Below are positions 51,441 to 63,244 of a DNA stretch of 64,000 nt, piece by piece. The DNA lies in contig NW_018408886.1 in the NCBI RefSeq assembly GCF_002113885.1, positions 154,482 through 218,481 on the forward strand. The letters run 5' to 3'. The DNA comes from Mizuhopecten yessoensis. Lineage: Eukaryota. Below the pieces are notes generated by a model that had not been told where the DNA came from, did not search any database, and saw only the letters and a list, made by a program, of their open reading frames with translations. Numbering within the stretch: the stretch's first letter is position 1; each line of letters starts with the position of its first letter. The position numbers were made by a program, and so were the translations under genes.

Positions 51441-52000
51441 TTAAGTGTCACACATATTTTACATAACACATCACTTACATAATAAAAATACACATATGCA
51501 AAATATCCCCAGCCATACTGACTTACGAGACACTACTTAAAATTTATATATATTAAAACATAGAATCCATTAATGATTCTCAATAAAAAGAACAATATAT
51601 TACACTGTACATAACATAAAAATTGAATGTATGCTCGGGATCCGATGGTGGGAGAAGAGCGAGAGTGGTTGGGCCAATCCCTACCGACAAGTCGCCCCTC
51701 CCCCACCATCCGGACCTCGATGATTGGCAATTACTAGCACATCAAATACATATAAAATACATAATTAGAATTACTAAAATCATTAAAACTGAATTATAGT
51801 AAATGGTGAAAGGTTCGTTATGTTGCCTACTAGAAGCAATAATATGAACCATATATTACGAGGTATATAGTCACAAAAAATCTAAAATGCATATCAAGTT
51901 TTAAATACTACCACGTCTCCTTTTCATAAAAAGGAAAACTGACTTAGCTAAGATATATTCTATACATTAACATATCCTAGATTTTACTTTGTGTTTCCAG

Positions 52001-52114
52001 GTGATAAGAAATATTCCCTGGTTCAAAGAGAGGCCGATCTCTGAGATAACACTGGGCGGTCTGCTGATACTGGTGGTGATCAGAACGATACAGTACAACA
52101 TGACTCGTATGAGG
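52001..52114 (+). CDS. DYM: Dymeclin coding exon 10
   Basis: [38 protein letters not shown]; nearly identical to human [16 protein letters not shown]. Confidence 0.96.
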
Positions 52115-52293
52115 GTAAGTACTGATCACCAACATCAGCTACTTTGAACTTCCCTGATCTTACTGCTGAATTTCTCTATAGCAAAACGTCCTTAGAACTG
52201 TCCTGGTTTATATTGAGTACTGGTCCATTATCACATTGTATGGCATTGTTATTTTCAGAGTTAGGAGGGTTTTTTCTTCAATTATAGACAGTG

Positions 52294-52481
52294 ATTCCGT
52301 CTTTGCGTATGGCAGAGTTATCTTCTCTTGAGAGCAGGTATTGATTGTTACGTCATTGATTTGTGTGAGAAAATTACGTCGTTTTTTCTAAAAATGATGA
52401 CAGTACTCTCACAAATAAATGACATAACAATCAATATCTGCTCTCAAGAGAAGATAACTCTGCAATACGCATAGATGGAAT
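52294..52481. mobile_element. Palindromic MITE (~190 bp)
   Basis: attccgtctttgcgtatggcagagttatcttctcttgagagcag... / ...ctgctctcaagagaagataactctgcaatacgcatagatggaat. Confidence 0.8.
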
Positions 52482-52496
52482 AGCCATACTTTCAAT

Positions 52497-52710
52497 CAGG
52501 GAAAGATATCTCTGTCTTACCCTAAGGTAAAGATGGGGGGATTCCCCTGTCAAAACAATTGTATGACGTCATTTCAATAGTGCATTGACGTCATATCAAC
52601 ACCCGGGGGTAAGATTCTTTGGCAAATCCTTGGGCTAGACATGTGAACCTTTGATATCCCTTAGGTTTAGATTTTTCTGTCTTTCCTCTAAGTTGGGGGG
52701 GAAAATTATA
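52497..52710 (-). mobile_element. Dispersed repeat, inverted homolog of 54305-54450, containing one copy of the 36-bp satellite unit
   Basis: 52497-52532 is the reverse complement of ctttacxxtxgggtaagacagagatatctttccctg; 52615-52710 aligns in reverse to 54305-54392. Confidence 0.7.
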
Positions 52711-52929
52711 TCAATCTTCCGTAGAAATGATTAGATTTTCCTGAAACTTGGTGAGGAAACATAATGCATCTATACCTTTAGTTTGATCTACAATATAATT
52801 AGCGCATATTTAATGAAAATGCTAAAAATATTTTAATCTGATTGGCTGAATGTTTCAAGATGATATCTTTGACAAAAATGATTGGAGTTTGATGTTTATG
52901 TCACAGTTATACTTTATAGTGACAAACAA

Positions 52930-54013
52930 GGGACATTATGTCATTGTTTTACTGTAGAGTAACAATGAGGGGCATTAAATTGTGGTTCTCCTGTAGAGTA
53001 ACAATGAGGGACAGTAAATTGTGGTTCTCCTGTAGAGTAACAATGAGGGACATTAAATTGTGGTTCTCCTGTAGAGTAACAATGAGGGACAGTAAATTGT
53101 GGTTCTCCTGTAGAGTAACAATGAGGGACAGTAAATTGTGGTTCTCCTGTAGAGTAACAATGAGGGACAGTAAATTGTGGTTCTCCTGTAGAGTAACAAT
53201 GAGGGACAGTAAATTGTGGTTCTCCTGTAGAGTAACAATGAGGGACAGTAAATTGTGGTTCTCCTGTAGAGTAACAATGAGGGACAGTAAATTGTGGTTC
53301 TCCTGTAGAGTAACAATGAGGGACAGTAAATTGTGGTTCTCCTGTAGAGTAACAATGAGGGACAGTAAATTGTGGTTCTCCTGTAGAGTAACAATGAGGG
53401 ACAGTAAATTGTGGTTCTCCTGTAGAGTAACAATGAGGGACAGTAAATTGTGGTTCTCCTGTAGAGTAACAATGAGGGACAGTAAATTGTGGTTCTCCTG
53501 TAGAGTAACAATGAGGGACAGTAAATTGTGGTTCTCCTGTAGAGTAACAATGAGGGACAGTAAATTGTGGTTCTCCTGTAGAGTAACAATGAGGGACAGT
53601 AAATTGTGGTTCTCCTGTAGAGTAACAATGAGGGACAGTAAATTGTGGTTCTCCTGTAGAGTAACAATGAGGGACAGTAAATTGTGGTTCTCCTGTAGAG
53701 TAACAATGAGGGACAGTAAATTGTGGTTCTCCTGTAGAGTAACAATGAGGGACAGTAAATTGATGTGCTCCTGTAGAGTAACAATGAGGGACATTAAATT
53801 GTGGTTCTCCTGTAGAGTAACAATGAGGGACAGTAAATTGTGGTTCTTCTGTAGAGTAACAATGAGGGACATTAAATTGTGGTTCTCCTGTAGAGTAACA
53901 ATGAGGGACAGTAAATTGTGGTTCTCCTGCAGAGTAACAATGAGGGGCATTAAATTGTTGTGCTCCTGTAGAGTAACAATGAGGGACATTAATTTGATGT
54001 GCTCCTGTAGAGT
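52930..54013. repeat. 39-bp tandem repeat, ~27 copies, homogeneous core
   Basis: ctgtagagtaacaatgagggacagtaaattgtggttctc. Confidence 0.97.
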
Positions 54014-54186
54014 TAAAAAAGAGGAGTGTTATGTATGACTTTTTAGTGATAAATGTGGGGAGTTATATCAAAGTTTTCCATTCCATGTTTCTTCTCAAAA
54101 GTTCATCGCTCCATTATAATATCAATATAACAAGTTTTGTTTTTTTTAATTGTTAAGTAATTTGTTGTTTTTTGTTGAATTTTCAG

Positions 54187-54281
54187 GACAAATACCTGCA
54201 CACAAATTGTCTGGCCGCCCTTGCTAACATGTCATCTCAATTTACCAACCTCCATCCTTATGTTGCCCAGAGACTAGTCAG
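54187..54281 (+). CDS. DYM: Dymeclin coding exon 11
   Basis: [31 protein letters not shown]; contains the signature [16 protein letters not shown]. Confidence 0.96.
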
Positions 54282-54415
54282 GTAACAATCATGATGGCCT
54301 AATAGAGCTTTCCCCACCTTGAAGGTAGGACAGATAAAACTCAACAAAATGGGTAAGATTCTTAAATATCTAGCCCGGGGCTTTGCCAAGAACTAGACAT
54401 TTAAAAATCTTTAAA

Positions 54416-56756
54416 CCTTTACACTTGGGTAAGACAGAGATATCTTTCCTGCCTTTACACTTGGGTAAGACAGAGATGTCTTTCCTGCCTTTACACTTTG
54501 GTAAGACAGAGATATCCTTCCTGCCTTTACACTTGGGTAAGACAGAGATATCTTTCCTGCCTTTACACTTGGGTAAGACAGAGATATCTTTCCCGCCTTT
54601 ACACTTGGTAAGACAGAGATATTTTTCCTGCCTTTACACTTTGATAAGACAGAGATATCTTTCCTGCCTTTACACTTGGGTAAGACAGAGATATTTTTCC
54701 CGCCTTTACACTTTGATAAGACAGAGATATCTTTCCTGCCTTTACCCTTGGGTAAGACAGAGATATCTTTCCTGCCTTTTCACTTTGGTAAGACAGAGAT
54801 ATCTTTCCCGCCTTTACACTCGGTAAGACAGAGATATTTTTCCTGCCTTTACCCTTTGATAAGACAGAGATATCTTTCCTGCCTTTACCCTTGGGTAAGA
54901 CAGAGATATCTTTCCTGCCTTTTCACTTTGGTAAGACAGAGATATCTTTCCCGCCTTTACACTTGGATAAGACAGAGATATCTTTCCCGCCGTTACACTT
55001 GGGTAAGACACAGATATCTTTCCTGCCTTTACACTTGGGTAAGGCAGAGATATCTTTCCTGCCTTTACACTTGGGTAAGACAGAGCTATCTTTCCTGCCT
55101 TTTCACTTTGGTAAGACAGAGATATCTTTCCAGCCTTTACACTTGGGTAAGACAGAGATATCTTTCCTGCCTTTTCACTTGGGGAAGACAGAGATATCTT
55201 TCCCGCCTTTACACTCGGTAAGACAGAGATATTTTTCCTGCCTTTACACTTTGATAAGAGAGAGATATCTTTCCTGCCTTTACACTTGGGTGAGACAGAG
55301 ATATCTTTCCTGCCTTTACTCTTGGGTAAGTCAGATATCTTTCCTGCCTTTACACTTGGGTAAGACAGAGAAATCTTTCCTGCCTTTACACTTGGGTAAG
55401 ACAGAGAAATCTTTCCTGCCTTTACACTTGGGTAAGACAGAGCTATCTTTCCTGCCTTTTCACTTTGGTAAGACAGAGATATCTTTCCAGCCTTTACACT
55501 TGGGTAAGACAGAGATATCTTTCCTGCCTTTTCACTTGGGGAAGACAGAGATATCTTTCCCGCCTTTACACTTGGGTGAGACAGAGATAATTTTCTCGCC
55601 TTTACGCTTGGGTAAGCCAGAGATATCTTTCCTGCCTTTACACTTGGGTGAGACAGAGATAATTTTCTCGCCTTTACACTTGGGTAAGACAGAGATATCT
55701 TTACTGCCTTTACACTTGGGTAAGACAGAGATATCTTTACTGCCTTTACACTTTGGTAAGACAGAGATATCCTTCCTGCCTTTACACTTGGGTAAGACAG
55801 AGATGTCTTTCCTGCCTTTACACTTTGGTAAGACAGAGATATCCTTCCTGCCTTTACACTTGGGTAAGACAGAGAAATCTTTCCTGCCTTTACACTTGGG
55901 TAAGACAGAGATATCTTTCCTGCCTTTTCACTTTGGTAAGACAGAGATATCTTTCCCGCCTTTACACTTGGGTAAGACAGAAATATCTTTCCCGCCTTTA
56001 CACTTGGGTAAGACTGAGATATCTTTCCCGCCTTTACACTTGGGTAAGACAGAAATATCTTTCCCGCCTTTACACTTGGGTAAGACTGAGATATCTTTCC
56101 CGCCTTTACACTTGGGTAAGACACAGATATCATATCCTTCCTGCCTTTACACTTGGTTAAGACAGAGGTATCTTTCCCGCCTTTACCCTTGGGTAAGACA
56201 GAAATATCTTCCCCGTCTTTACACTTGGGTAAGCCTGAGATATCTTTCCCGCCGTTACACTTGGGTAAGACTGCGATATCTTTCCCGCCTTTACACTTGG
56301 TAAGACAGAGATATTTTTTCCGCCTTTACACTTGGGTGAGACAGAGATATCTTTTCCGCCTTTACACTTGGGTAAGACACAGATATCTTTCCTGCCTTTA
56401 CACTTGGGTAAGACAGAGATATCTTTCCCGCCGTTACACTTGGGTAAGACACAGATATCATATCCTTCCTGCCTTTACACTTGGGTAAGACAGAGATATT
56501 TTTCCCGCCTTTACACTTGGGTGAGACAGAGATAATTTTCTCGCCTTTACACTTGGGTAAGACAGAGATATCTTTCCTGCCTTTACACTTGGTAAGACAG
56601 AGATATCTTTCCTGCCTTTACACTTGGTAAGACAGAGATATCTTTCCTGCCTTTACACTTGGTAAGACAGAGATATCTTTCCCGCCTTTACACTTGGATA
56701 AGACAGAGATATCTTTCCCGCCGTTACACTTGGGTAAGACGGAGACATCTTTCCCT
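54416..56756. repeat. 36-bp satellite, ~2.3 kb (~65 copies)
   Basis: cctttacacttgggtaagacagagatatctttccyg. Confidence 0.97.
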
Positions 56757-56760
56757 GGCC

Positions 56761-56960
56761 AGAAGCGTGGGTATCTCTGTCTAATGGGAGAGAAGTAAAA
56801 ATCAAACCTGTATAAGGGGAAATTTCACTGTGTTTTTACAGTGTGAATCAAGTGGTTCCCTGCTCAGAAGTGTGGACATCTCTGTCTAGTGGGAGAGTAG
56901 TAAAAATCAAACCTGTATAAGGGGAAATTTCACTGTGTTTTTACAGTATGAATCAAGTGG
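56761..56960. repeat. ~106-bp direct duplication
   Basis: atctctgtcta.tgggagag.agtaaaaatcaaacctgtataaggggaaatttcactgtgtttttacagt.tgaatcaagtgg x2. Confidence 0.9.
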
Positions 56961-57337
56961 AATAATGAATATTAAATACAGCAAATATAAACAACTTATC
57001 TCACTCATACTTACCAGCCTTTCAAACTGTTGTATATTTTGCAGCTGTTTAACTTTCACCTTTTTCGTCAACCATGATGAATTCAAATTTATCTTTACAA
57101 CGAACATTAGTAAACAACATAACAAACCCTGATAAAATATGAAAATATCTAAATAGCATGTACAGTGGCTTGTTTGTCAAATAACAGGAAAATCTACCTA
57201 ATACAAAATTAAACCCCCCAAAAAAAGAAAATTTAGGTGTGGAAATACCAATTTCCTCAAATTGAGGAGTTTTGGCACCTTAGACACATTGTGCCGGACA
57301 CCAAACTGGAATTAAATTTTGGATTTTTTTCCTACAG

Positions 57338-57482
57338 TTTGTTTTCCCAATTGTGTAAAAAGCACTCCCGCATCATTGAGCAAATACGACAGGCCGCTAT
57401 GGAACCTGCGGGGTCGGGAGAGGCTGAGGGTGGCGCAGAGAAAGAGGATCACGAGGAGGAGCCAGACCCGGAACAGGATTAT
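57338..57482 (+). CDS. DYM: Dymeclin coding exon 12
   Basis: LFSQLCKKHSRIIEQIRQAAMEPAGSGEAEGGAEKEDHEEEPDPEQDY; the acidic loop is longer than in human. Confidence 0.93.
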
Positions 57483-57568
57483 GTAAGTAGGGAAGGAGCC
57501 ACAGCGTAGTGGGATATTAAAGGGAAAGGAACTAAGTCGGGCAAATATAGGAAGTCTGAAAGAAAAGA

Positions 57569-57787
57569 TTGGTTTTGTTTGTGTTTTACGTTCTATAAAC
57601 AGCTATATGGTCATTTAAGGACGTGTCAGGTTTTGGTGGTGGAGAAAAGCTGGAGCTCTCGGAGAAAAACCATCGACCTATGGCCAGGAGCTGGCGACTG
57701 CCTCACGTAGGCCTCAAACCTGTGACCCAGTGGTGGAGGGCTGGTGGTAGCAGCATGTCAGAATTTACCACTTGGCCACCGCTGCCC
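57569..57787 (-). mobile_element. Full-length tRNA-derived SINE (V-domain-like) with 13-bp TSD
   Basis: Minus-strand head gggcagcggtggccaagtggtaaa...ggtttgag; TSD CTGAAAGAAAAGA at 57556-68 and 57788-800. Confidence 0.82.
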
Positions 57788-57834
57788 CTGAAAGAAAAGA
57801 AATAACAAGAGAAATTGGATTGATATCAGTTACG

Positions 57835-58463
57835 GGAGAAGACCAATGTAAATGTAATTGGGGGCTATAGGAAGGACCAATGGAACTGTAATTAGGGGCT
57901 ATAGGAGGGACCAATGGAACTGTAATTGGGGGCTTTAGGAAAGACCAATGGAAATGTAGTTAGGGGCTTTAGGAAGGACCAATGGAAATGTAGTTGGGGG
58001 GGCTATAGGAAGGACCAATGGAAATGTAGTTGGGGGCTTTAGGAAGGACCAATGGAAATGTAGTTGGGGGCTATAGGAAGGACCAATGTAAATGTAATGG
58101 GGGGCTATAGGAAGGACCAATGGAAATGTAGTTGGGGGCTATAGGAAGGACCAATGGAAATGTAGTTGGGGGCTATAGGAAGGACCAATGGAAATGTAGT
58201 TGGGGGCTATAGGAAGGACCAATGGAAATGTAGTTGGGGGCTATAGGAAGGACCAATGGAAATGTAGTTGGGGGCTATAGGAAGGACCAATGGAAATGTA
58301 GTTGGGGGCTATAGGAAGGACCAATGGAAATGTAGTTGGGGGCTATAGGAAGGACCAATGGAAATGTAGTTGGGGGCTATAGGAAGGACCAATGGAAATG
58401 TAGTTGGGGGCTATAGGAAGGACCAATGGAAATGTAGTTGGGGGCTATAGGAAGGACCAATGG
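57835..58463. repeat. 34-bp tandem repeat, ~18 copies, ending at an assembly N
   Basis: ggaaggaccaatggaaatgtagttgggggctata. Confidence 0.95.
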
Positions 58464-58638
58464 NGGGGGGGTGGGGGGAGGATGAGGATATGTTTACTTA
58501 GCTTTCCTTGTTCCATACCTCAATGTATTACAATGTCTTCTGTGAAATGGAACAGGACTTGTTCAAACGTTATGGGCAGCCTGTTTTTAATCTGTCTTCA
58601 GAAACAAATTTTTCATATATGATTGTTATCTGTTGTAG

Positions 58639-58821
58639 ATGCAGGACCTTGCTGTACTGGAGGAGGTGCTAAGGATGATGTTAGAGATACTAAACTCCTG
58701 TCTGTCAAGTTCCCTCCATCACAACCCTAACCTGGTCTACACTCTCCTCTATAGGAAGGAGCTGTTCGCCCAGTTCAGGACGCATCCCACCTTCCAGGAC
58801 ATCATACAGAACGTTGACACG
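58639..58821 (+). CDS. DYM: Dymeclin coding exon 13
   Basis: [61 protein letters not shown]; weak donor |gtagat. Confidence 0.94.
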
Positions 58822-58852
58822 GTAGATTGGAGTTATGTTGATAGGTTTATTT

Positions 58853-59215
58853 GGAGACACAGTAGTCTAGTGGTAGAACGTGGGGCTCGTGACAGAAGGG
58901 TTGCGGGTTCGCGTCACGTCACGGCACTGTGTTCTATCTTTGAGCAAGATACTTTACTCCGCTTGTTCCAGTCTACTCAGTTGTAAATGAGTATGTGGTT
59001 GGGCAGTGCTAGAATTGTAGAAAGCTAGCTGTGAGCATCGAAATGGCAGCACCGGCTATATGCTCCTCAGGGAGTTGAGAAAGATATTGGGTGGTTGCAA
59101 AGGCCCCATAACCACGGATAATAATTTGTGAACCGCTTTGAGACGACCTACGAACTAGGTCGTGATAAAACGGTATATAAGAACCACAAATTATTATTGA
59201 TTATTATTGATTATA
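58853..59215 (+). mobile_element. tRNA-derived CORE-type SINE with L2-like tail
   Basis: A box tagtctagtgg, B box gggttcgcgtc, CORE-like ctttgagcaagatacttta...tgtaaatgagta, tail tgtgaaccgctttgag...tatataagaacc..(ttattattga)n. Confidence 0.78.
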
Positions 59216-59769
59216 TTTACATTAATAAACAACAATGTTTTATAAAAGTTTAACGAGAGGGAAGCCAAAGTCAACAGTTCTCTACTTCGGGTGAAAATAT
59301 GTCACTCTCACTCGAAAGCAGCATTTATTTTATTATGCCGAGTGTTAGGATTGGCCAATAGATAACTCATTCACCTTTCACCAAGACGCTCCAGCGGCAC
59401 GATCAGATGTGAAAAAGTATTGGGTCACTGCCCAACCATGTTTTCCCATTAAGGCCTTCTGTGTGATTCCTACAGGCCAACAAGAGTTATTAATATATGA
59501 TTGAAAATTTGTTTCATAATTGTTGTAAAATAAATAAAGTTAATATATAGTGTCATGATTCTTCCATTTTTTGTCTGTTCGACACTTGGTGTAATAAAAA
59601 TCAATATCATACAGATGCTTCAACATACTTAGAAGCATAAAACGTTTCAGTGAAGTGGTCATAGAGACAAACTGTTTTGGAATGTTGGCCTGGCATGTAC
59701 AAGCATTCATATTCCTTGCAAAACAACTTCAAACAAGTTGGAAAAATTGAACATTTTCATACATTTTTA

Positions 59770-59878
59770 TAAATTGTGTTTATTATACAGACTGTAGGTT
59801 ATAAGGTATACTAAATGGTGTTTATTATACAGACTCTAGGCTATAAGGTATAATAAATTGTGTTTATTTGTATCACAG
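59770..59878. repeat. 42-bp repeat x2.5 overlapping the exon 14 acceptor
   Basis: taaattgtgtttattatacag occurs twice, then taaattgtgtttatttgtatcacag (the true acceptor). Confidence 0.85.
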
Positions 59879-59998
59879 GTACTCTCCTTCTTTAATACAA
59901 AACTAGAACAAAATGGCCACAAAGCTAACGTGTCCCCGGCTGAAGTGTTGGAGCTGATCAAAGACGGCTCCAAACAATTCCGAAGAGACCACTTACGG
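59879..59998 (+). CDS. DYM: Dymeclin coding exon 14
   Basis: VLSFFNTKLEQNGHKANVSPAEVLELIKDGSKQFRRDHLR; phase 0-0. Confidence 0.93.
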
Positions 59999-60626
59999 GT
60001 AAGGTAGCCGCAGCTTTACCTGTAACAAATGTCGTAAAACAATTTTGCCTTTTTGTTGCGGTTGATGGTGTCAGAGATTTTTACTTTAACTCTTGTTCAC
60101 AAAATTATTCCTGTATTTGTGGAGCCAGTAAAACTCTTATTTGTAACGGTATAATCACACCAATGCATATCTCCCCGTTCTATTAAAGAAGTTTACAACC
60201 CTAAAATAATGATGATTTAAGGTTATTTTTTAACAATTTGTAGAAATCGGGGTAACCGCCATGGAATAATGACATCGTTAACTTTCAAAGTGAAGCAGAC
60301 TTACATTGATCTTTTGGTGTCACGCTTTTTGTGAAATCATAAACAATCAATATCATGATGCGTAGTCGGAGTCACTTAAGTCATTATCTGGGCTTCATAT
60401 GCCAATAAGCAATTTACAGATTCTAAACTGTGGTTATATGGCAGCAAATCTTTTCAATTTACCAATTCAATTGCTGTGTAACATCTGGAATGAACTGAGA
60501 TAAGTATGGACAGAATAAAGTTATACAATCTTTTGCCTTATTTACGGCTCAAATTGGTGAGGGGCCCTAAAACAATACAAAATACAAATAACTTTGATAA
60601 CAGAATTTTGTTTGCTTCTCTTACAG

Positions 60627-60773
60627 AAATTCCCGGATCTGAAGTTTAAATATGTAGAAGAGGAATCGCCAGAGGAATTCTTCATCCCCTACATCTGGTC
60701 CCTAGTCTATCACTCATCAAACATGTACTTCAACGCCTCCCGCATCGTCCTCTTCTCGCTCACATCTTCATGA
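60627..60773 (+). CDS. DYM: Dymeclin coding exon 15 (stop TGA 60771-60773)
   Basis: [48 protein letters not shown]. Summed exons give 2049 nt = 682 aa + stop. Confidence 0.96.
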   Translation, partial: KFPDLKFKYVEEESPEEFFIPYIWSLVYHSSNMYFNASRIVLFSLTSS

Positions 60774-61779
60774 TGAAAGCCATGTGACTCAAGTCGAGGT
60801 CATGATTATTACTGAATGACAAAGGTCAAGGTCATATGACAGTTACATGACTAAGGTCAAGATCATATGACAGTGACATGACTAAGGTCAAGCTTACAAC
60901 TGCAGATGAACTACATTCAAGATCATGATTACTGGATTGTAGTCAAGGTCATGTTGACACTATCTGGTCTGTGATCAAAATCCCCCAGAGTACTGTTGTC
61001 ATGGTTACCAGTGCCACAGGACCAGGTTTAAATGCATGGTTATTGATATGGGCCACTTCTGGACTGTGTGTCATAATGACGGTCACAAGACTAAAGTCAA
61101 GATAATGATTGTGATTACCAGGCTATGATCACCATCCTGTCAACTCTGTATGGGCTACGGACATTATCATAATGATCTCTACAGGGCTATAGCAGAGGTC
61201 ATAGTGACTGCTACAAAATCATGGTCATTTTTGATCTTGTGAATTATTCTAAATAGAATCAAGGTCATATTGTTACTGTGAGACTTAGTCAAGGTCATGA
61301 TGATCACTGAGACTAGGTCAAGGTCATGATCACTGAGATTAGGTCAAGGTCATGATGATCACTGTGAGACAAGGTCAAGGTTATTTTATGTAATACATAT
61401 CTGTGTTAGATATTTGTCCCAAGTAACAGTACAGAGAGAATTTCAAAATATATGTTCAGTGTGAGTTAAAAGATAAGGATTTTTTTACTGTATAGTTGTT
61501 TAATTCCACAGGGATAATACCTTGCTATCGTCCTTATCAGAACTAGTTCACGGGGATTCAATTTGTACAACACTGCCTCTTCAAAAATATTCAGAGATTT
61601 TAAATCACGATTTTAATATTCACCAGATATTTAACTTCACACTATCATTGATGGCCACCAATATAGCGAAAGTAAAACCCCTGTGAATATTACCAAGTAT
61701 AGAGAAGCTCTCGAAGAGTGTTCCTCATAATGTTTTGTAGTTTGAATAGTTAATGGTGAATGTATTTATAGCCAACATA

Positions 61780-61937
61780 TTAACCCTTTTACCCCTAGGT
61801 AACTTTAGTAGACTCTACCATACATTTATCTGGGCGAGTCCATTATGGTCTACAGTGGTGCCTATGTAACTTTAGTAGACTCTACCGTACATTTATCTGG
61901 GTGAGTCCATTACGGTCTACAGTGGTGAAAGGGTTAA
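61780..61937. mobile_element. MITE family A with a 67-bp internal tandem duplication
   Basis: The body cctaxgtaactttagtagactctac...tacagtggtg occurs twice between one pair of TIRs. Confidence 0.88.
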
Positions 61938-62247
61938 CACTGAAAGCATTTTGTTGGTGTGGTGAAACATTCAATTATGAAATATAGAATTTTGGGAATG
62001 TTTGTATCCGATTATATTTATAAATAATATGCTTGTGAAATTGTTAAATATCATTTTTATGTAAAATTCTAATTATTCTTCCAGAAAGGCATTGAGTTCT
62101 ATATTCCTGATGATGGCTTGTAATCAACGATGTAAGATTGGACATATCATGTTAAAATGAAAACATCTGTGACTGTATTCATAAAACTATTCTCATACTC
62201 AGACTTGGTGCTCAAGCTCAATCTGGAATTAAAGTGAGAACATAGTG

Positions 62248-62338
62248 TTAACCCTTTCACCACTGTAGACCATCATAGACTCCTCCAGATCAATGCATGG
62301 TAGAGTCTACTAAAGTTACATAGGGATGAAAGGGTTAA
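62248..62338. mobile_element. TTAA MITE family A
   Basis: Same TIRs and body, TTAA on both sides. Confidence 0.9.
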
Positions 62339-62601
62339 AATTCATACTCAGATTTTTGCTCGATATAAACTTTATGTGAGAAAATAATCTTTTTAAATGT
62401 TAGATTACCGGTAATGTGTTGGGAGTACATATCCTAAACTTGTATCTGAGTATCATAACATCTGACATTTACTTTTGATCGTGTCTAAGAAAATTGGCGA
62501 GTTAGATTAAAACAAATTTGAGCAAATAATTTTAGTTTGAGTGTGATAACAGTTTTATAGATACAGACTCTGTTTAGTCCCTTTGTGAGGGAAAAATTGG
62601 C

Positions 62602-62607
62602 AATAAA
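62602..62607 (+). terminator. Candidate DYM polyadenylation signal AATAAA
   Basis: First canonical AATAAA I found after the stop codon; ATTAAA variants occur earlier. Confidence 0.35.
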
Positions 62608-63244
62608 ATAATTGAAAATATATTATATTTAATATAATGTACCTATGGTGTTGAAGCTTTCAACATTACATGATATATATATGTATATACTAGACACAAG
62701 AACACACTTGTAAAAAGATTTATAAAATAGAATTAATGATTGTCTTGATCTGTGATATTGCCATATCAAATTTCGGATATGAAAACTGAATAAATAGATT
62801 TAAGGGGTAGATTTAATGGTGTGGTTAAAAATAACCATGATTTACCCAAAATCGCAAGACATTATTTATCGTAAGTAAGTTACACTGAAATATGTCTAAA
62901 CTCGACACAACTCAAACTGATACTTCCTATCAAAATCATTTTATAGGATTCAGACAAAAGATTTCATTTCAAGTCTTCAAAATGCCAGGAGTTGCTCTCA
63001 CTTAAGTTCCCTGCACCCCTGGAATATGTCATGATGGTAAAATCAAAGGTTAGCTATTTGATTGGTTTCAGTTAAAAAACCCGACCAACCCTAGGCTGAT
63101 ACCTGACCTTTGAAGATTACAGAGGACTGTAAAGATTGTAAAACTGTAATTTTACCATTACACTGCGCTGCACATCATAGGATCAAACTAGCTTACCATT
63201 ATCATCCAAAAGACGGCATGTACAAACTTACGATAGCCTTCGTT

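Noticed and set aside
52938-56535. Long repetitive ORFs (366, 346, 439, 470 aa) on both strands
   Set aside because: 39-bp and 36-bp units are multiples of 3 without stops. They lie in DYM introns and resemble no protein.
58822-58986. ORF extension beyond DYM exon 13
   Set aside because: Runs into a SINE head; dymeclin homology resumes in frame at 59879.
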